Source of the DNA: Amphiscolops sp. MND2022
Taxonomy: Eukaryota
NCBI GenBank assembly: GCA_964187785.1
Contig: OZ076414.1
Coordinates: forward strand, 68,138,001-68,202,000
DNA length: 64,000 nt
Direction: 5' to 3'
Shown here in pieces: positions 22,968-35,535 of the stretch; positions within the stretch are counted from its first letter, which is position 1, and the number at the start of each line of letters is the position of its first letter. A program made the translations under genes and the position numbers. The notes below the pieces were generated by a model. The model saw only the letters and a program-made list of their open reading frames with translations. It was not told the DNA's origin and did no database searches.

Positions 22968-23167
22968 NNNNNNNNNNNNNNNNNNNNNNNNNNNNNNNNN
23001 NNNNNNNNNNNNNNNNNNNNNNNNNNNNNNNNNNNNNNNNNNNNNNNNNNNNNNNNNNNNNNNNNNNNNNNNNNNNNNNNNNNNNNNNNNNNNNNNNNNN
23101 NNNNNNNNNNNNNNNNNNNNNNNNNNNNNNNNNNNNNNNNNNNNNNNNNNNNNNNNNNNNNNNNNNN
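22968..23167. other. Assembly gap (200 N)
   Basis: N run. Confidence 1.
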
Positions 23168-24091
23168 AGTTGCTCTTGTGTCTGTCACGTCGATGGTCGA
23201 CTTCGTGGCCGGCATTGGGTCTACTCCCTATGGAGTCATCGATGGCATTGGTACAGCGCTGAGTGAGTTGGGTGTGCACACGTGCACCTGTGTGGTTTTC
23301 TTGCCCATTAGTGGCGGTATAATCCGTTTTGGGGCTTGTTTTCAAGGTTATTGGTGGGTTGGCGGTGGGCATAGGCACCATCTTACTTGTGGATGCAACA
23401 GGTTTGGCAACCTCAGCTTGCTCAACCTCCGGAGCCACTGCATGGGATACATCACCAAGATTACGCATCTGGTCACTGAGTTCAGCCAGCTGTACTTCCA
23501 TGCGGAGTTCGCGTTGGAGGAGTAAGTCCTTCATTTTATTCAGGCGGTGACCCATGGCGTCCACCTTTGCTGCTTGCACCGTGGTCTGTTGGGTTGCGCT
23601 CCTCAGACTACATTTGACGGCGTCCTGCGTGGCTTCCAATTCTGCAGTCATGACTTTGTGTTGCTCATTGCATTCGGCACGAGTGCCGGCCAGGCGTGCT
23701 AAGGCTCGTTGGGCTTCGGCTTCTGCTTGCAGCATTGCGGTCCGCGCAGCGGCGGCCTCCTCAACAGCCCGGTATGCCGAAGACCTTCGCGACGAGGTAG
23801 TAGATACGGTACCCTCACGATACGACGACGCGTTCTCACGAGTTCATCTTGCACATAATGTTGGGGGTGCGTCCTTTGCTTGCCAGAGGTCTTTGCTCGA
23901 CAAGCCTCCAGACGATACTTGGCATAGTTCATCCCACCAACGTAATTCATGCCTTCCAGGATAGCATCGGTATCTTTACTAGCGGGGCTGTCGTTGCCAT
24001 TGTGTGTTCCTTTGCACCCGGCACGCACGGGGTTCACATCCACCGCCGTTTGGTTCATTACAGTGCATAGACAAGCTTTTTCTGGCCATTT
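23168..24091 (-). repeat. Near-identical duplicate of the gag 5' part of element A (17136-18063)
   Basis: Identical on inspection except a 4-bp deletion (gagttagttcatc vs gagttcatc); abuts the gap. Confidence 0.92.
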
Positions 24092-24116
24092 ATATATGTT
24101 TCATTGATGTGTTCTC

Positions 24117-24308
24117 TCGCTCAAACTTGCAGTGGATTCCACTTCTACTTACAGTGGATTCCACTTTGGCTTACAGTGGATTCCACTCGTCACTCGTTTT
24201 GCAGTCAATTCCACAAGTTGAAATCGACTGTAGGCGAAGTGGAATTGGCTGCAAGCCAAAGTGGAATCCACTGTAAGCTGAAGTGGAATCGACTGCAAGT
24301 TTCAGCGA
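24117..24308. repeat. ~190-bp imperfect palindrome made of ~22-bp units containing GTGGATTCCAC/GTGGAATCCAC
   Basis: 24117-24190 is the near reverse complement of 24235-24308; degenerate units continue to ~24495. Confidence 0.8.
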
Positions 24309-24539
24309 ATTTCGCTGGAAGTTCGAATAAGGTGACGCGATTGGTTCAATTCAGTTGGCAGTGAAAAGCAGTGGATTTCGATGCACGCATTTTTACATTG
24401 GCTAGATATGTTAGTGGAATCCAAAACAGGCTACAGCGGAATCCATTGAAAATCAGTGAAATACATGTTTAACAATTCGTCAGTGGATTTCGGTGACCTA
24501 ATAGCACAAAAGTGTGCTAACCCACTTTTGGGACTGTAA

Positions 24540-25300
24540 TGGATGGGTAATGTAAGATTAAAGGTATATCGTCCGACGGTGTTCCAAAATTCGTAGAATA
24601 GCAATGTATGAGAACAGCATTTCAGGAGTTCTATGTTAAATGGAGAAGGAGTTGAGAGAGACTAATAAACTACAGGTCGGTTGAAATGTGAGTTGCGTCT
24701 GAAAGCTTAATAGAGTTTCCAATTAGAACTGTTCAGGTGATCATAGTTGTGCATAGTTGTTCATGTATCTTCTAATTTTCTTCCTTTCCTTACGTAGATG
24801 GGACAAGTGTTAGAGACACTTGATAAAAGGTGGAGTTGAGGTTAGCAGGGTTTCAGGTTAGAGTCAATATAAATAAGGCGTGAGGGTTCAGAGTTTTAAA
24901 CGTAGGTAAATCTGTACATGTGAAAATGAAAATTTGTTTGCATGTTCAACAATGTTCATGTTATTTCTCTCAGGTGGGTTCGTTTTTCAAGTGAGATGGC
25001 GCATGATGGACATGTCAAGAAGTGTTATTTTGTGAAATTGTGAACGCGACAGAGTGAAAGTTGGTTCATAAGACGCAGCTATTTTGACGAACATGAAACG
25101 TGGGCAGGAATTGAGCAAGACTCTTGTTTTTCGTTTCAACCAAGCATTGATCTTATGCATCGATTTTCCGAAAAAATTTCACAGGGAGAATCAAGAGCTT
25201 CAGCATCAAAAAGGCGGCGTGATCAAAGTTCATGCATTTCAAAACCAAAGTCAGTATTGGTCAATATTATTTCAGGAGTGGTTCGTAAAGTAAGTCACAA
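24540..25300 (-). mobile_element. Heavily decayed Gypsy integrase C-terminal remnant
   Basis: SPCEIF-like motif near 25190; sequence resemblance to the 27960-28900 remnant. Confidence 0.35.
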
Positions 25301-27236
25301 CACAAATGGCCGAAGTTGAATAAATTTAATAAAGATTCATTTATTGAAGGAGAGAGATTCAATATGTTGATTTTAGTGAAACAGTGAGGTGAGTAAGCAT
25401 ATGTTCTAACTAGAAGACTCGGAATTTGAAGTTATTGTTTTTAGAAGTGAAGTTGATGAGAAGTAAATTTTGAGAAGCCACTTTTGAGGTTTCTTTTGAG
25501 AAAACAGGAGATGAGGTTAATATAAGAATATGATTGTTTTTAGTTTAATTTACTGATACAACTTCTGATGAAAAAGCACTGAAGAAGTATTACGATACAA
25601 ATCTTTTGTACATTCATCATTTTCTTTAGTATAAGTCCGAACGATATAGGTGAAAAAAAACTGGAATATAATTGTTTTTGGTAATTTCAAACAGCAATAT
25701 TTATAAATAATGCAACATGCTCTTAGAATGAATACAATAACAATTCGTGCGTTATAGAGCAAAAATTATGACTTATTAAGAATTTATCAAGCAGCACGAA
25801 ATGAAATTTTAATTTACATCTTCTAAAGAATTCCAAAAAATTTAGTGAATTCAGAACAGTTGCATTTTGGGGATGGCAGGTCGATTGAGTTGTATGGACA
25901 GATGAGCCGAGGCCAGGGCTTTGGAGGAAAAAAGGCAGTAGAAAAAAATGATGCGATATATTTAGCGTGATTCAAACTGTTATGCTTATGGTTAGAATTG
26001 TGATAATGTTGAGATTGGGGCGAATTAAGAGATGTGGCAATATTGAGATTTTTCAATAGTAAGGGGGTGATTTTTTAGATTAGACAGCGCTGAGCGAGGA
26101 GAGGAAACAACAAGAGGGTGGCAATTTTCTTTGAATTTGCTGCAATCTTAGTGAGACCAGTTTTCTGTTTGTGTAATAACAAGTCCAAATAATTTTCATA
26201 GTTATTGAGTGCTTTAAAATTTCAATTTAATTTATGTTGGTATACCATGGAGTGCACAATTTGTTTTGTTATAGATCCAGCTTCACCTTGTGGCGTTTGG
26301 GATGCCGCAGCTTCTGGATTTGAAGATATGCTGTAAATTTGTGTACAGTGGCGCATTTCTGGAGGTCTGAATATTGGTGGGGACGTGCCTCAGATTTGAA
26401 AGGAAGACGCACAGTGACTCGGCCATCATCAGCAACATACGTCTTTGTATCGTAATGTTCCACACATTGACGATTTTCTTTGGACATCGGCTTCACTCGA
26501 GGAATCTCTTCAACTTCCCAGAAGCGAGCAAGGTCCAATTCCACTGCAACTTGGAAGGATTGACATTGGTAGGCACGCTCTTGAGACAACACTCCAGTGA
26601 CCACCCAGCCGAAGATAGACTTGCGATAGTGAACCTCATGAGCCTTCCTCCTTTCGTCCAGAAAGAGATCCTCGTACACATCCGCGCCCAACAACAACTG
26701 AAGGGGGCCGGGTTGATGGAAGTTTTCTTCGGATAATGCTACACTTTTCATTGGTTTCAATTGTTTCAAGTTAATGGATTGAGAGGGTATATTACCTGCA
26801 ATTGAGTTCAGCACTAGTGCTGTCACTGTCATTTTTTGAGGACCAATCACGAGGTTGACTGACTCCTTTGCTGCTTGTTGCCGTCCACCAATTCCTGAGA
26901 TCTTCACATCAACTGTTGAACGGGCGATATTGAGTTTCGATGCTCCATCCGTTTTGACCATGAACACGTCAGCAGCTTCCTCTGCCATCGGCTACTAACT
27001 CATTCTCGTCTTCAAAGAGTTGTTGAATCTGAGAACCCAACTCTGTCAGCATCTTGCGACGATCAATCAGGAACTCCAAAGTGGCTTGAACGTCCTCGAG
27101 CGCTCCACCGGCTTGCCGGATTGCTGTTGCCCGTCTTTTGAAGACGCGGCGATGAGCCCCTCTTGATCGCGTGAGCTGAGGCAACTTCATCTCACCACCA
27201 GAGCCGTCTGGACTTTCTGATCTATCTGCTGTTGAC

Positions 27237-27254
27237 ATCACGTCGAGGTCACCA
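27237..27254 (-). promoter_or_regulatory. Primer-binding site, tRNA-Trp
   Basis: Plus strand ATCACGTCGAGGTCACCA vs recalled tRNA-Trp 3' end ATCACGTCGGGGTCACCA (1 mismatch); 1 nt from the LTR. Confidence 0.85.
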
Positions 27255-27255
27255 A

Positions 27256-27595
27256 TGTTTCGGGGTAGCTCTCAAGGGTTCAAACTAGAAGATTGAAGGA
27301 ACTCAAAGATAGAGTTCAAACTTTGATAACGTTTATTGACGGTATGAATGATAAGGAATGATAACAGGAAACAGAAAAGGGGACTGGTTATCAGTTGGTT
27401 GTTAATCGACAAAATAGGCCATTAAAGCCAAAGGGACCACGAAAAGGTCTCAACTGGTTGTTTACACGTATATAATAACAACGCTTAAAATAGTGAGCAA
27501 TGAATGGTAAATATTGTACATGAAAATGAGCAATATTAAATGTCAGTAGTATGATTGATGAATCAGAGGTCAAGAGTAAATGAACAGATGTAACA
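27256..27595 (-). repeat. 5' LTR of the Bel/Pao element (distal boundary uncertain)
   Basis: TG at 27256 next to the PBS; minus-strand AATAAA near 27332; candidate far end ...TAACA at 27595; no second copy to confirm. Confidence 0.5.
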
Positions 27596-27672
27596 AAAAA
27601 GAGCACCGTCGCAGATTCGAACTCACGCAGACCGATTCGAAGGCAGAGATTTATCCACTATGCTAAGTAGTC
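27596..27672 (-). mobile_element. tRNA-derived SINE-like head or tRNA pseudogene
   Basis: Minus strand has A box TAGCATAGTGG, B box GTTCGAATC and a T-run terminator; acceptor and T stems do not pair properly. Confidence 0.55.
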
Positions 27673-27959
27673 TAATAATTACGGCGCGGTCATTGTGATA
27701 TCTTGCGCCAATAGATAGTGTCTAACGTACTAAGATACGGCCATTGTTTCGAAAACATGGTTAATAAAATATTCAGTCAATAAAAGTATTGGAGTCAACT
27801 TTATATCTGGAGGCTTTTCAACTGAGTGTTTCGCAAAGTTCTAAAATGGGTGTTCCCAAAGATTTTGGTGACAGAGCAGAGGTTACTTTGAGAGGGTATT
27901 CGACAAAACTTCATAGAACTGGTAACTAATATTGATTTACGAGCAAGGGGTTTATCATT

Positions 27960-28900
27960 ATTGCGTGTGAGTAAGGATATGGTGTAGAGTAAGCGGAGGA
28001 GGAAGAGTAGGGTAGGGTGTTATATCGGAAGGTGTTATATTGAATTCAGTATCTGAAAGAAAGAAGAATATTTTGTTGAGAAACTTTAAAAGTTGTTAGA
28101 GTGGCTCGTTTTATAGTTTTGGTAAGAGTAGTTTGTTGATAAAAGGTGGTGTTGAACTATATAGACAAATATATGGGAAGATGAGAGGTTTTCCAGGTAG
28201 TGTCGTAAGATTTGATAACGGTGCGTATGCAATACGGAGCCATTTCGTGCCATAAGTTCATATGTAACGTGAGATCGATGATTGATATCTTTATATGGAC
28301 CAATGCAGTGAGGTTTGAGCTTGTTTGAAAATGTAACAGGTTTAATTGGAGGGAGAGGAGTAGTATTGTGATTATAAGCATGCATTTGGGTTTCGAATGA
28401 CCAAATTATAGGAATTTGTGGAAATAATCGCAGGCGTCTACCAAGATTTCGATCGGGAGCTTCAACTAGACCACTTGTCCATGGGCAGCATTGGGTGTGG
28501 TTTTTGTTGAAGAAAGAACAAACATTCGTCTTTTCTCAATTGATATACGCAGTGCCCCGATGTGTTACCAAGTTTTGAGGTGGACCAAACTTTAGGTGAT
28601 TCAATGGTGGAGACGGGTTTGCATAGCTTATTTTGAAGAAATTTGTGGAGCAGGGTTTGTGACAATAAAATGGCTAAAAACATCAACGACAACAAAAATA
28701 TAGGAAACTTTTTGAGACGTTGGAGGAAATGGTCCTTACTGTCCATTTAAAATCGATAGTTCAAAGGAAGCGCGTTTTCGGAACTTGTAAAGGAGGAGAG
28801 GTGTTAGGAGTTTCGATAGGAGAGTGTTCGTTGGTTTGCCTGGTAATACAATCATGACAATGGCAAACCATTATCGTATGTGAGGAATGTAGTAAAACTG
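27960..28900 (-). mobile_element. Decayed Gypsy integrase remnant
   Basis: GPY-module-like KPHCIGPYKDI...VTYEL...LHTHR (28086-28385) with degenerate core upstream. Confidence 0.5.
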
Positions 28901-31219
28901 ATAAAACGTTTCAATAGGGAGTTCTTCCAAAGAATGACTATGAGAATGAGTTTTGTCGAAAGCAGCAATAAAATAATTAAATGGTAAACAAATGTGGTTT
29001 GGTTTCCCATAAAGTTAAGATTTTTGGAAAATCTCCTTATAAAGACGAGAGTTTGTCTTGTGATTTCTATGAGATGTTAGTTAGGGTCATTTTATAAATG
29101 TTTGAATTGTTTGTAATTTGTATCAAATTGAGTATGCTTCAAAGATAGGAGTTAGGTTGAAAGGGTTTTGTTTTATGTACAGCAATATACAAACAATGGA
29201 GAGGACAAGGCCATCACTTTGGGTTTGTAAAAAAATGGGTACTGGTAAGATAATGCTAGAAGTTAAGTAGTGTCAAAGGATTTTTAATGAGCAAAAATAT
29301 GAAAAAAAAGGGTAGAGATTGTATAGATGTGATTTTAATAGGAGTTCGAATAAATGCGTTTGAGTCAGGAGTTAACGTGGAGGTAGAGTTCAATGAAGTG
29401 GAGTTAGGTGTGAAAAGAGTTATTTGTGGATCTTGAAATTTTTTGTCTTGGAATTAGTTATTCTAGTATATAAATCTTGAGAAACATGAGGATCATAATG
29501 ATTTTGATGGCGAGTTTCGTGAGACATATAATCCAACGTTTGAAAATTCATGTTACAATAAATTTTGAGAGTCGATGTAATATGGAAATCTTTTCATGAC
29601 AATGAGAAAACCCATGAGTTATGGATGACTCATCGATGGAATGTCATGTCCTGTGAGCGTTGGATAGGAGAAGACATACTATCTACGAAAATTGTTCTGC
29701 TAACTCGTTCTGATGTTTTTTGATTTCTTTTATGTTAACGTTCTTGTGGTGTTACAGGCACGTCAAATCGCCAACAAATCGATCTTTGAGATATCGGTAC
29801 AGTCCATGTTTGCGTAGGATTGAAAAAGTTTGTGACAGGATTCATCTTTATCGTGTTCTTCGCAATGAAGAAAGACCGACGCAATGGAGATTCTGATGCT
29901 GTAGCCTAACGCAGATGACCCTACACCCTGAAACTTTTTGGGAAAAGCATGAATTTAGATTTAAATGTCATTTGTTTGAAAACAATGGGAAAGCTATTCA
30001 CTGTTAGTGATATGAAGTTTCAGTTACAGTTCCCTCTGTTGAATAAAAAGGGAACTTTTTTCTTCCAACATACCCTTTTAAGATGATGTTATTGCAATTA
30101 ATTATATCTCAATTGAGTTTCCAATGAAACACACGTATTAAAACACTCTTTTGTTTCGCGACCAATGCCACCGAATACCCACTGTTCTTTACATTTTTTA
30201 AAAAGTTACAGTGTTGTTTTAAAAGTGTGGGGGGGGGACAATGAGAAAGAGCCATAAAAAGTCTTCCGTCTCTATAAACTAGACATTTTCTTCGGACTGA
30301 AGCTGTAACATTTATGTTGTTTCATTCCCATATTTCGTATGAAACGCGGAAACGTTTCGGATGCAACAATTTCAGGCGAATTCTTGGCCAACGTTTGTTT
30401 TAGAAATTCTTCTCTATTCAATTTGCAATATTTGATTCATGTTGCAATATTTGAGCGACCAAAAGCTTCGTATAATTATAGAAGCCCTAATTTCACTTAG
30501 ATTTTGAGGTTTGTATCATATCTTTATTGACTGAATGAACTTCCTTAACTTTCAAATTGAAAGTTTTGATTCGAATTTTGATCCGGAGCGACGCAATAAT
30601 TAGGAAAATCGAACAATCTGGAGCCATAGGGGGGTATGGTTTTAATTATCAGGATTGAGTTTGATGGGCTGAAATTAGATACTTTGAATGGTTCATGCAT
30701 ATAGTATTCTTCGTGCCAAATTTTGCCAGTAAAAATGTTTTTTTTTTTGCAAGATGTTTCAAGGAAAACACTTCCTTGAAAGCGCTTGGTACGGAACGTA
30801 TTCTCGGAAGATCTTACATTACAATAAAAATTTCACACCAAAATTTCGCTAACTTTGCGACTGTAATTGTTGTTTCGAAACAAATATTTCAAATCAAAGG
30901 AAGACAGATCTCTAATTTAAAAAAAAGAAGAAAAATAATAGCGCCAAGCGATCATGAAAACCTCAAAGTGATTGTTTGATGGCTGATTTGAATAAAAACT
31001 AGAAATAATAGAAAAAATGATGATAGAAATGATACGAAAATAAAAAACGGAAAAATTAGAAAATTTGTTGTTTCTCAAATCTATCAATATGGTGGTCTTG
31101 TAAACTATTATTCGCCAACAATACATGATGCTTAACATCAAGAGTAACTCACGCGAAGAACCTGCAAAAGCAGATAGTGTGTGAAAAACAAACAGTTCAC
31201 ACAAGAACGACAGTTAGAA

Positions 31220-32200
31220 GTAAAACGTAAAATTGAGAATTCTCGCCATTACTTTTCAAATTTCGGTCGGCATAACCGTCAGACCATGAAAACCCGTTAC
31301 GAATCTAAACGTTGATTTTAACTCTATGCCACTAATATGAAAATTGCAATGTTTGGTTGTCAGTAGGTGTGAAGGATTTTGGCAATGTGCGAATATCAAG
31401 TCGACCGAGGTATACCTTACGTCACATTCCTCACTATTAAGTCTGTTGGCCACATTTTCTATCAAGTTTTCTAAATGCGGCGTTTGTCTCCATCAAAGGC
31501 ATTTAATTAGAGCGCTAGCGTCTGGGGCATTTTTCGCTGAGCGATCTTTCTCGATTGATTGTTTTTACTGTGGGCTGTAATGGAGTAATACTTTATTTCA
31601 TCAACATTCTTAATAAGCTCTTCTTTTAACAACCTTTCATTTTAATCATCTACTGAGTTTTGCATTTTGATTGGATTTCTTTTTGTTTCTGATGCGTTAC
31701 GTTTGTTACATCATTCATTCGTATTTTCATTCTATGATTTTTAAAATTTCTGTTTCTTGAAAAACAACTGTGTAGACCTTTTACTGTACTTTTTTGTTTC
31801 TTAAATAGGATTTTCCCGTCTTTCTCGATTACGTTTGTTTTTGACTTGCCCACTGACGGTTGAAACGTTGTGAATTTTAAGTTCAATCTTTTTTCTGCCG
31901 ATGGATGACGTCATGCCCTTTTTCGCAGTCAGAACATGTGCTTTCTTGAATTCGTTCCAACTTGTAGCTCGCAGGAAACGTTTTCCACCAAATTTTTCTA
32001 ATCTGTCATTTTGCTTTGAGTCGCAGCATTTCTCAAAATGATGATTTTTTTCCGGAGTAGTTGAAAGTTGTGTGGGCATTTGCAAATATTTGTGTGCACC
32101 GTTGTAAAATTTCGAATCTAAATCGCATCTCAAATATTCTTTCATGTTGGTTGGAGGAAATTCCAGCTCTTCATTCGCCGTCTTCAGCGGGCCGGTCATC
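31220..32200 (-). pseudogene. Old Gypsy-type pol remnant (protease tail to RT)
   Basis: APDASAL...PHLENLIENVA, YTSVDLIFAH, TKHCNF, FRFVTGFHGLTVMPTE match LTR-RT motifs of the LDL.YA..Q / TY.F.TGFYGLT.MP type. Confidence 0.65.
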
Positions 32201-32957
32201 CAATTCTTTTAGGTCTTCTCAGGCAATCTTCAAGCACAATGATGATTTCAGTGATACCATTTCCTTCCTTTACGTCTAAAACGATAAAAAAGCGCTTCAT
32301 CTGTTCATTGACATGCGTTTCAAACTAGTTTGAGTTGGCCTTTGGAACCTTCCATGCATAAATGAATGAACTAGTTAGTTTGCAAACCCGTAAAAGCCTA
32401 TTAAATTAGACTTTTAGTGTAATTTTTGTGTTTGAATCAATAAACTTTTGAATTCTCCGATTTTCAGAACTCTCAAGGGAGTTTTCCAAAAATATCCCAG
32501 TGTTATTTAGCCTCTGTTTCTTATATTCAGTTAGAGTTTCATTTCCTGAAAGTTGGACAAGTGTTAGCGAAACGAAGAATGTCCAATATGGTCTGAGTTT
32601 AGAGGGAGTATACTCCATAGGTACAGAACTGCTATTTCGGAAATGTTACTTTGGAAAAACCCTTGAAAGTTACATCGTTCTATTTATTCAACCGATCGAA
32701 TTTAAGTCTCATTTGTTTTGTTTTTCGGAACGTGATTTTTCTTCAACGTGAAACTATACGAAACGAGAGAGCATTAAGAAAAATTTGAACTCAGTTGGTA
32801 ACTTTGGATACTCATTTGAATTTGAGTTGTATCCCGCTCGTAAGCTATTTCACTTTTTTTCTAAACTTGCAGGGACTTTTTTTCAAGGTGCAGTGAAAAT
32901 TATCGAGGATTTTCCAAGATGCAGGGATGTTTTTCAAAGATTTCTCCCTGCGCGCAG

Positions 32958-33039
32958 TCTGAATTTTCTAGGTTTTTCAAAACATTACCATGCATGCAGG
33001 CCTGCAGCATGTAAAAAGTTCCAGCAGTCTCAACTAGGG
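32958..33039 (-). mobile_element. Terminal fragment of the CACTA-like MITE family
   Basis: Reverse complement of the first ~80 bp (CCCTAGTTGAGACTGCTGGAACTTTTTACATGCTGCAGGCC...). Confidence 0.8.
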
Positions 33040-33611
33040 TTGTTTATCTTAAATTTCAATTGTGAACCAAACTCGATTTTGCAAGTTGAAATAACAACGG
33101 AAAGTGTTTTGATATTCGGTAGTATTATTTAGTTTGACGAGTGGACGTTAACAAATAGCTGTTTTCAACACCCAGAAGAAACGACACGAACTTTAATATT
33201 TGTCTGTAATTCAAGGTTAGCTTTGAAAATTTGAACTCTTGCGTTTGCAATTGAGACATTGCTGTATTCACGAAGCTTTTTTCTTTTTCTAGATCAAGTT
33301 TTCGATTTCTGCGGAAAATTCGAACTTTTCAAATCCCGAGGATCTCAAATTATTATTTGAAAGCAAGAACCAAACTATCGCGTTTCCTGATCTAGATAAG
33401 GCCTGTTTCGTCATGAGAGATCGTTTTGATCATTAGCTTTCAGACTTTTCTCAACTGGGTGGGTGTTTTAGCGAACCTGGGTGCAAGCCGTTTCTGCAGA
33501 CATGTTGAACAAGAGCATGTTGCTTATTTCTATCCTATTTTTGGCTTCTGTAGATGCCAGGAAAATGTCTGTCTTCTCTATAGGTCGTCAGAACTTTGAT
33601 ATCTGTGTTGA

Positions 33612-34630
33612 CTCATGTCCTGGCAGAGCTCGCTTAATTCAATGGGTCTGGGTTCAAGACCTTCGTTCTCAGAGCTCACTCTATTTGGACCATAATTCGT
33701 GTTGCCAGGCGTTCTATCAGTCAACGAATCTATTTTAGACGTTATGTTTTCTATCATTTTAAGGATTTCCCGTTGGCCGGTCTCAGTGTCCTTACTTCTT
33801 TTACTCACCGACTTTTCAATTTTCTCCGACAATTCTGCGAAGTCCTTGTCAGAAATACTGGGGGCGTTTTCTGTTCTCATAGTCGAGGACTCAGGTGCAT
33901 CCACTGAGCTGGTAATTGACTCTCGTCTAGCTTTCCTCTTGGAACTTCGCTCAAGCATTCTACTCGGATAAGAATCTCGAAATCTTTTTAAGAATAGTTC
34001 GAACTAGCTTGCAAAAAAAGAAATTGCAGAGCGCAAAATTTCAATTATCGTTTAATTAGGAAGCAATTATTTCGCAACGAAAGGTTTTAATCAACTAAAT
34101 GGCTTCCAAATTTCAACATATTCAAATCTTTCCTCTCGGAAGGGCGGGGGAAAACACAACTACATTTCACATTTTGTTCAGCCCGGCGTCCGTCCGAGGC
34201 GGGGAAACCGGAAGCTCAGTTCCGCTTTGTCGAACTCAGACCTTCAGCTTGTTCATGCTTTCCGGAGAAAGCACGCGTCCACTTCCTGTCTGAGTTGCGA
34301 CTCCGCTTCCCTTCACCTCCAATTTCCCGCCTCTTCAAGACGCCGAAGCTGAACTTGGCAATGGCAAACGCGATGAATCACCAAAGATACTGCTGATTGA
34401 ATATAAACATTGGGAAAAGGATGACAATCTATATTTTACAAATGGTTTCCCAAGTTAATTAAAATAGCATCGATTTAGCCTGAAAATTAACAAAATCACG
34501 TACGGGATTACAAATAAATGAGTAGAACAGCGCTGATTTAGCTGAAACTATAAAGCCTTAGTCCCAGGCTATAGTGCGGAACGGACAAAATTTACTTGAG
34601 GAAAAGGAAGCAAATATTAGTGACAAATAC
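33612..34630 (-). mobile_element. Truncated family-B internal region (leader plus gag start) attached to LTR 34631-35535
   Basis: Homologous to ~50660-51697; ORF MLERSSKRKARRESITSSVD mirrors MPERSSKWKARRESITSSVD. Confidence 0.88.
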
Positions 34631-35535
34631 TGTCAGAAGCCTCGTTTAGGGAGATGGCTAACATAATTTAACAGCAACAGGTTCAGGGAACATGATATAC
34701 ATGTTACTAATGCGTACAATATTATATAACACCAAACCTGGGGCCCAGGCCATAGTCCAGGCTTGTTTATTAACTAATCACGATTTACATGCAAAAATCC
34801 TTTTATGTAACATTTTAAACAGCAACATTATTCATGATCACAGTTAAAAAGCTCCAGATTTATTTCTGAACGAAATTACAAGCAACATTAACATTTTTCA
34901 CTTTTAAGATTGTCTTGATACATATTTATTTTCAGGCCGCATCCCAGGCCGCATCCCAGGCCGCGGTATATAGTATTCTATGCAGTTAGTACAAAATTTC
35001 GATTATTTGTACAATCACACGCGTACCATCATTTGGCCACTGTAAGAGGTATCAGAGTGCTTACATGTATTCATAAAATCTTTCAATTCTATGGCGTTAT
35101 GCTTAGCAGCGTGATTTAGTCTCAGGCCGCTTGCCAGGCCAGCGCTTTGAGGACTGAATTTGGGGCCGGCCGCCAGGCCGCAGTTCCGCTATAGAATTAT
35201 TTGGCCGCTCGTTAGGCGTGTGATTCGCATATTATTAACTGCAGCACTATATTACTATTAATATTAACTGCGCCATAGCTCCGTTATGCTGTAAGTACGT
35301 ATGTATATAAGTGAACATTATTTTATAAACACTGATATGTATATATGTACATATTTATTTTTTTCAATTATTTCACATATTATATTATTTAGCGCCATTG
35401 TTTCAGGTTTATGGATTAGACTGATTATTTGTTAGTTATTTGTTTTCGTTCACTTTTCCGTCCCTTTCCTAATTCATTTTCCAAGAGCTGGTTTAGATTT
35501 GCTGCAGAAATCACAGCTCAGGTGGGGCTGTGACA
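34631..35535 (-). repeat. 3' LTR of element B, also serving as 5' LTR of the truncated neighbour
   Basis: Direct repeat of 51698-52567; homology stops sharply at TGTGACA (35535/52567); the inner boundary is inferred only from the TGTCA...TGACA termini. Confidence 0.75.

Larger units (their letters stand above)
26270..27595 (-). mobile_element. Multiply deleted Bel/Pao LTR retrotransposon
   Basis: Gag start (LTRSRGAHRR) joined to Pao protease-region motifs (PGPLQLLLGAD, FGWVV, LARFWEVE, DGRVTVRLPFK), then a YSDLQKC..V..-like piece from further downstream; PBS and one LTR. Confidence 0.85.

Noticed and set aside
24117-24308. CRISPR-like repeat array (also considered for the satellite)
   Set aside because: No unique spacers, an inverted rather than direct arrangement, no cas genes, eukaryotic context.
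27596-27672. Functional tRNA gene
   Set aside because: A and B boxes are present but the acceptor and T stems do not pair.
29000-31200. Further ORFs or elements in AT-rich DNA
   Set aside because: Short, low-complexity ORFs without motifs or defined termini.
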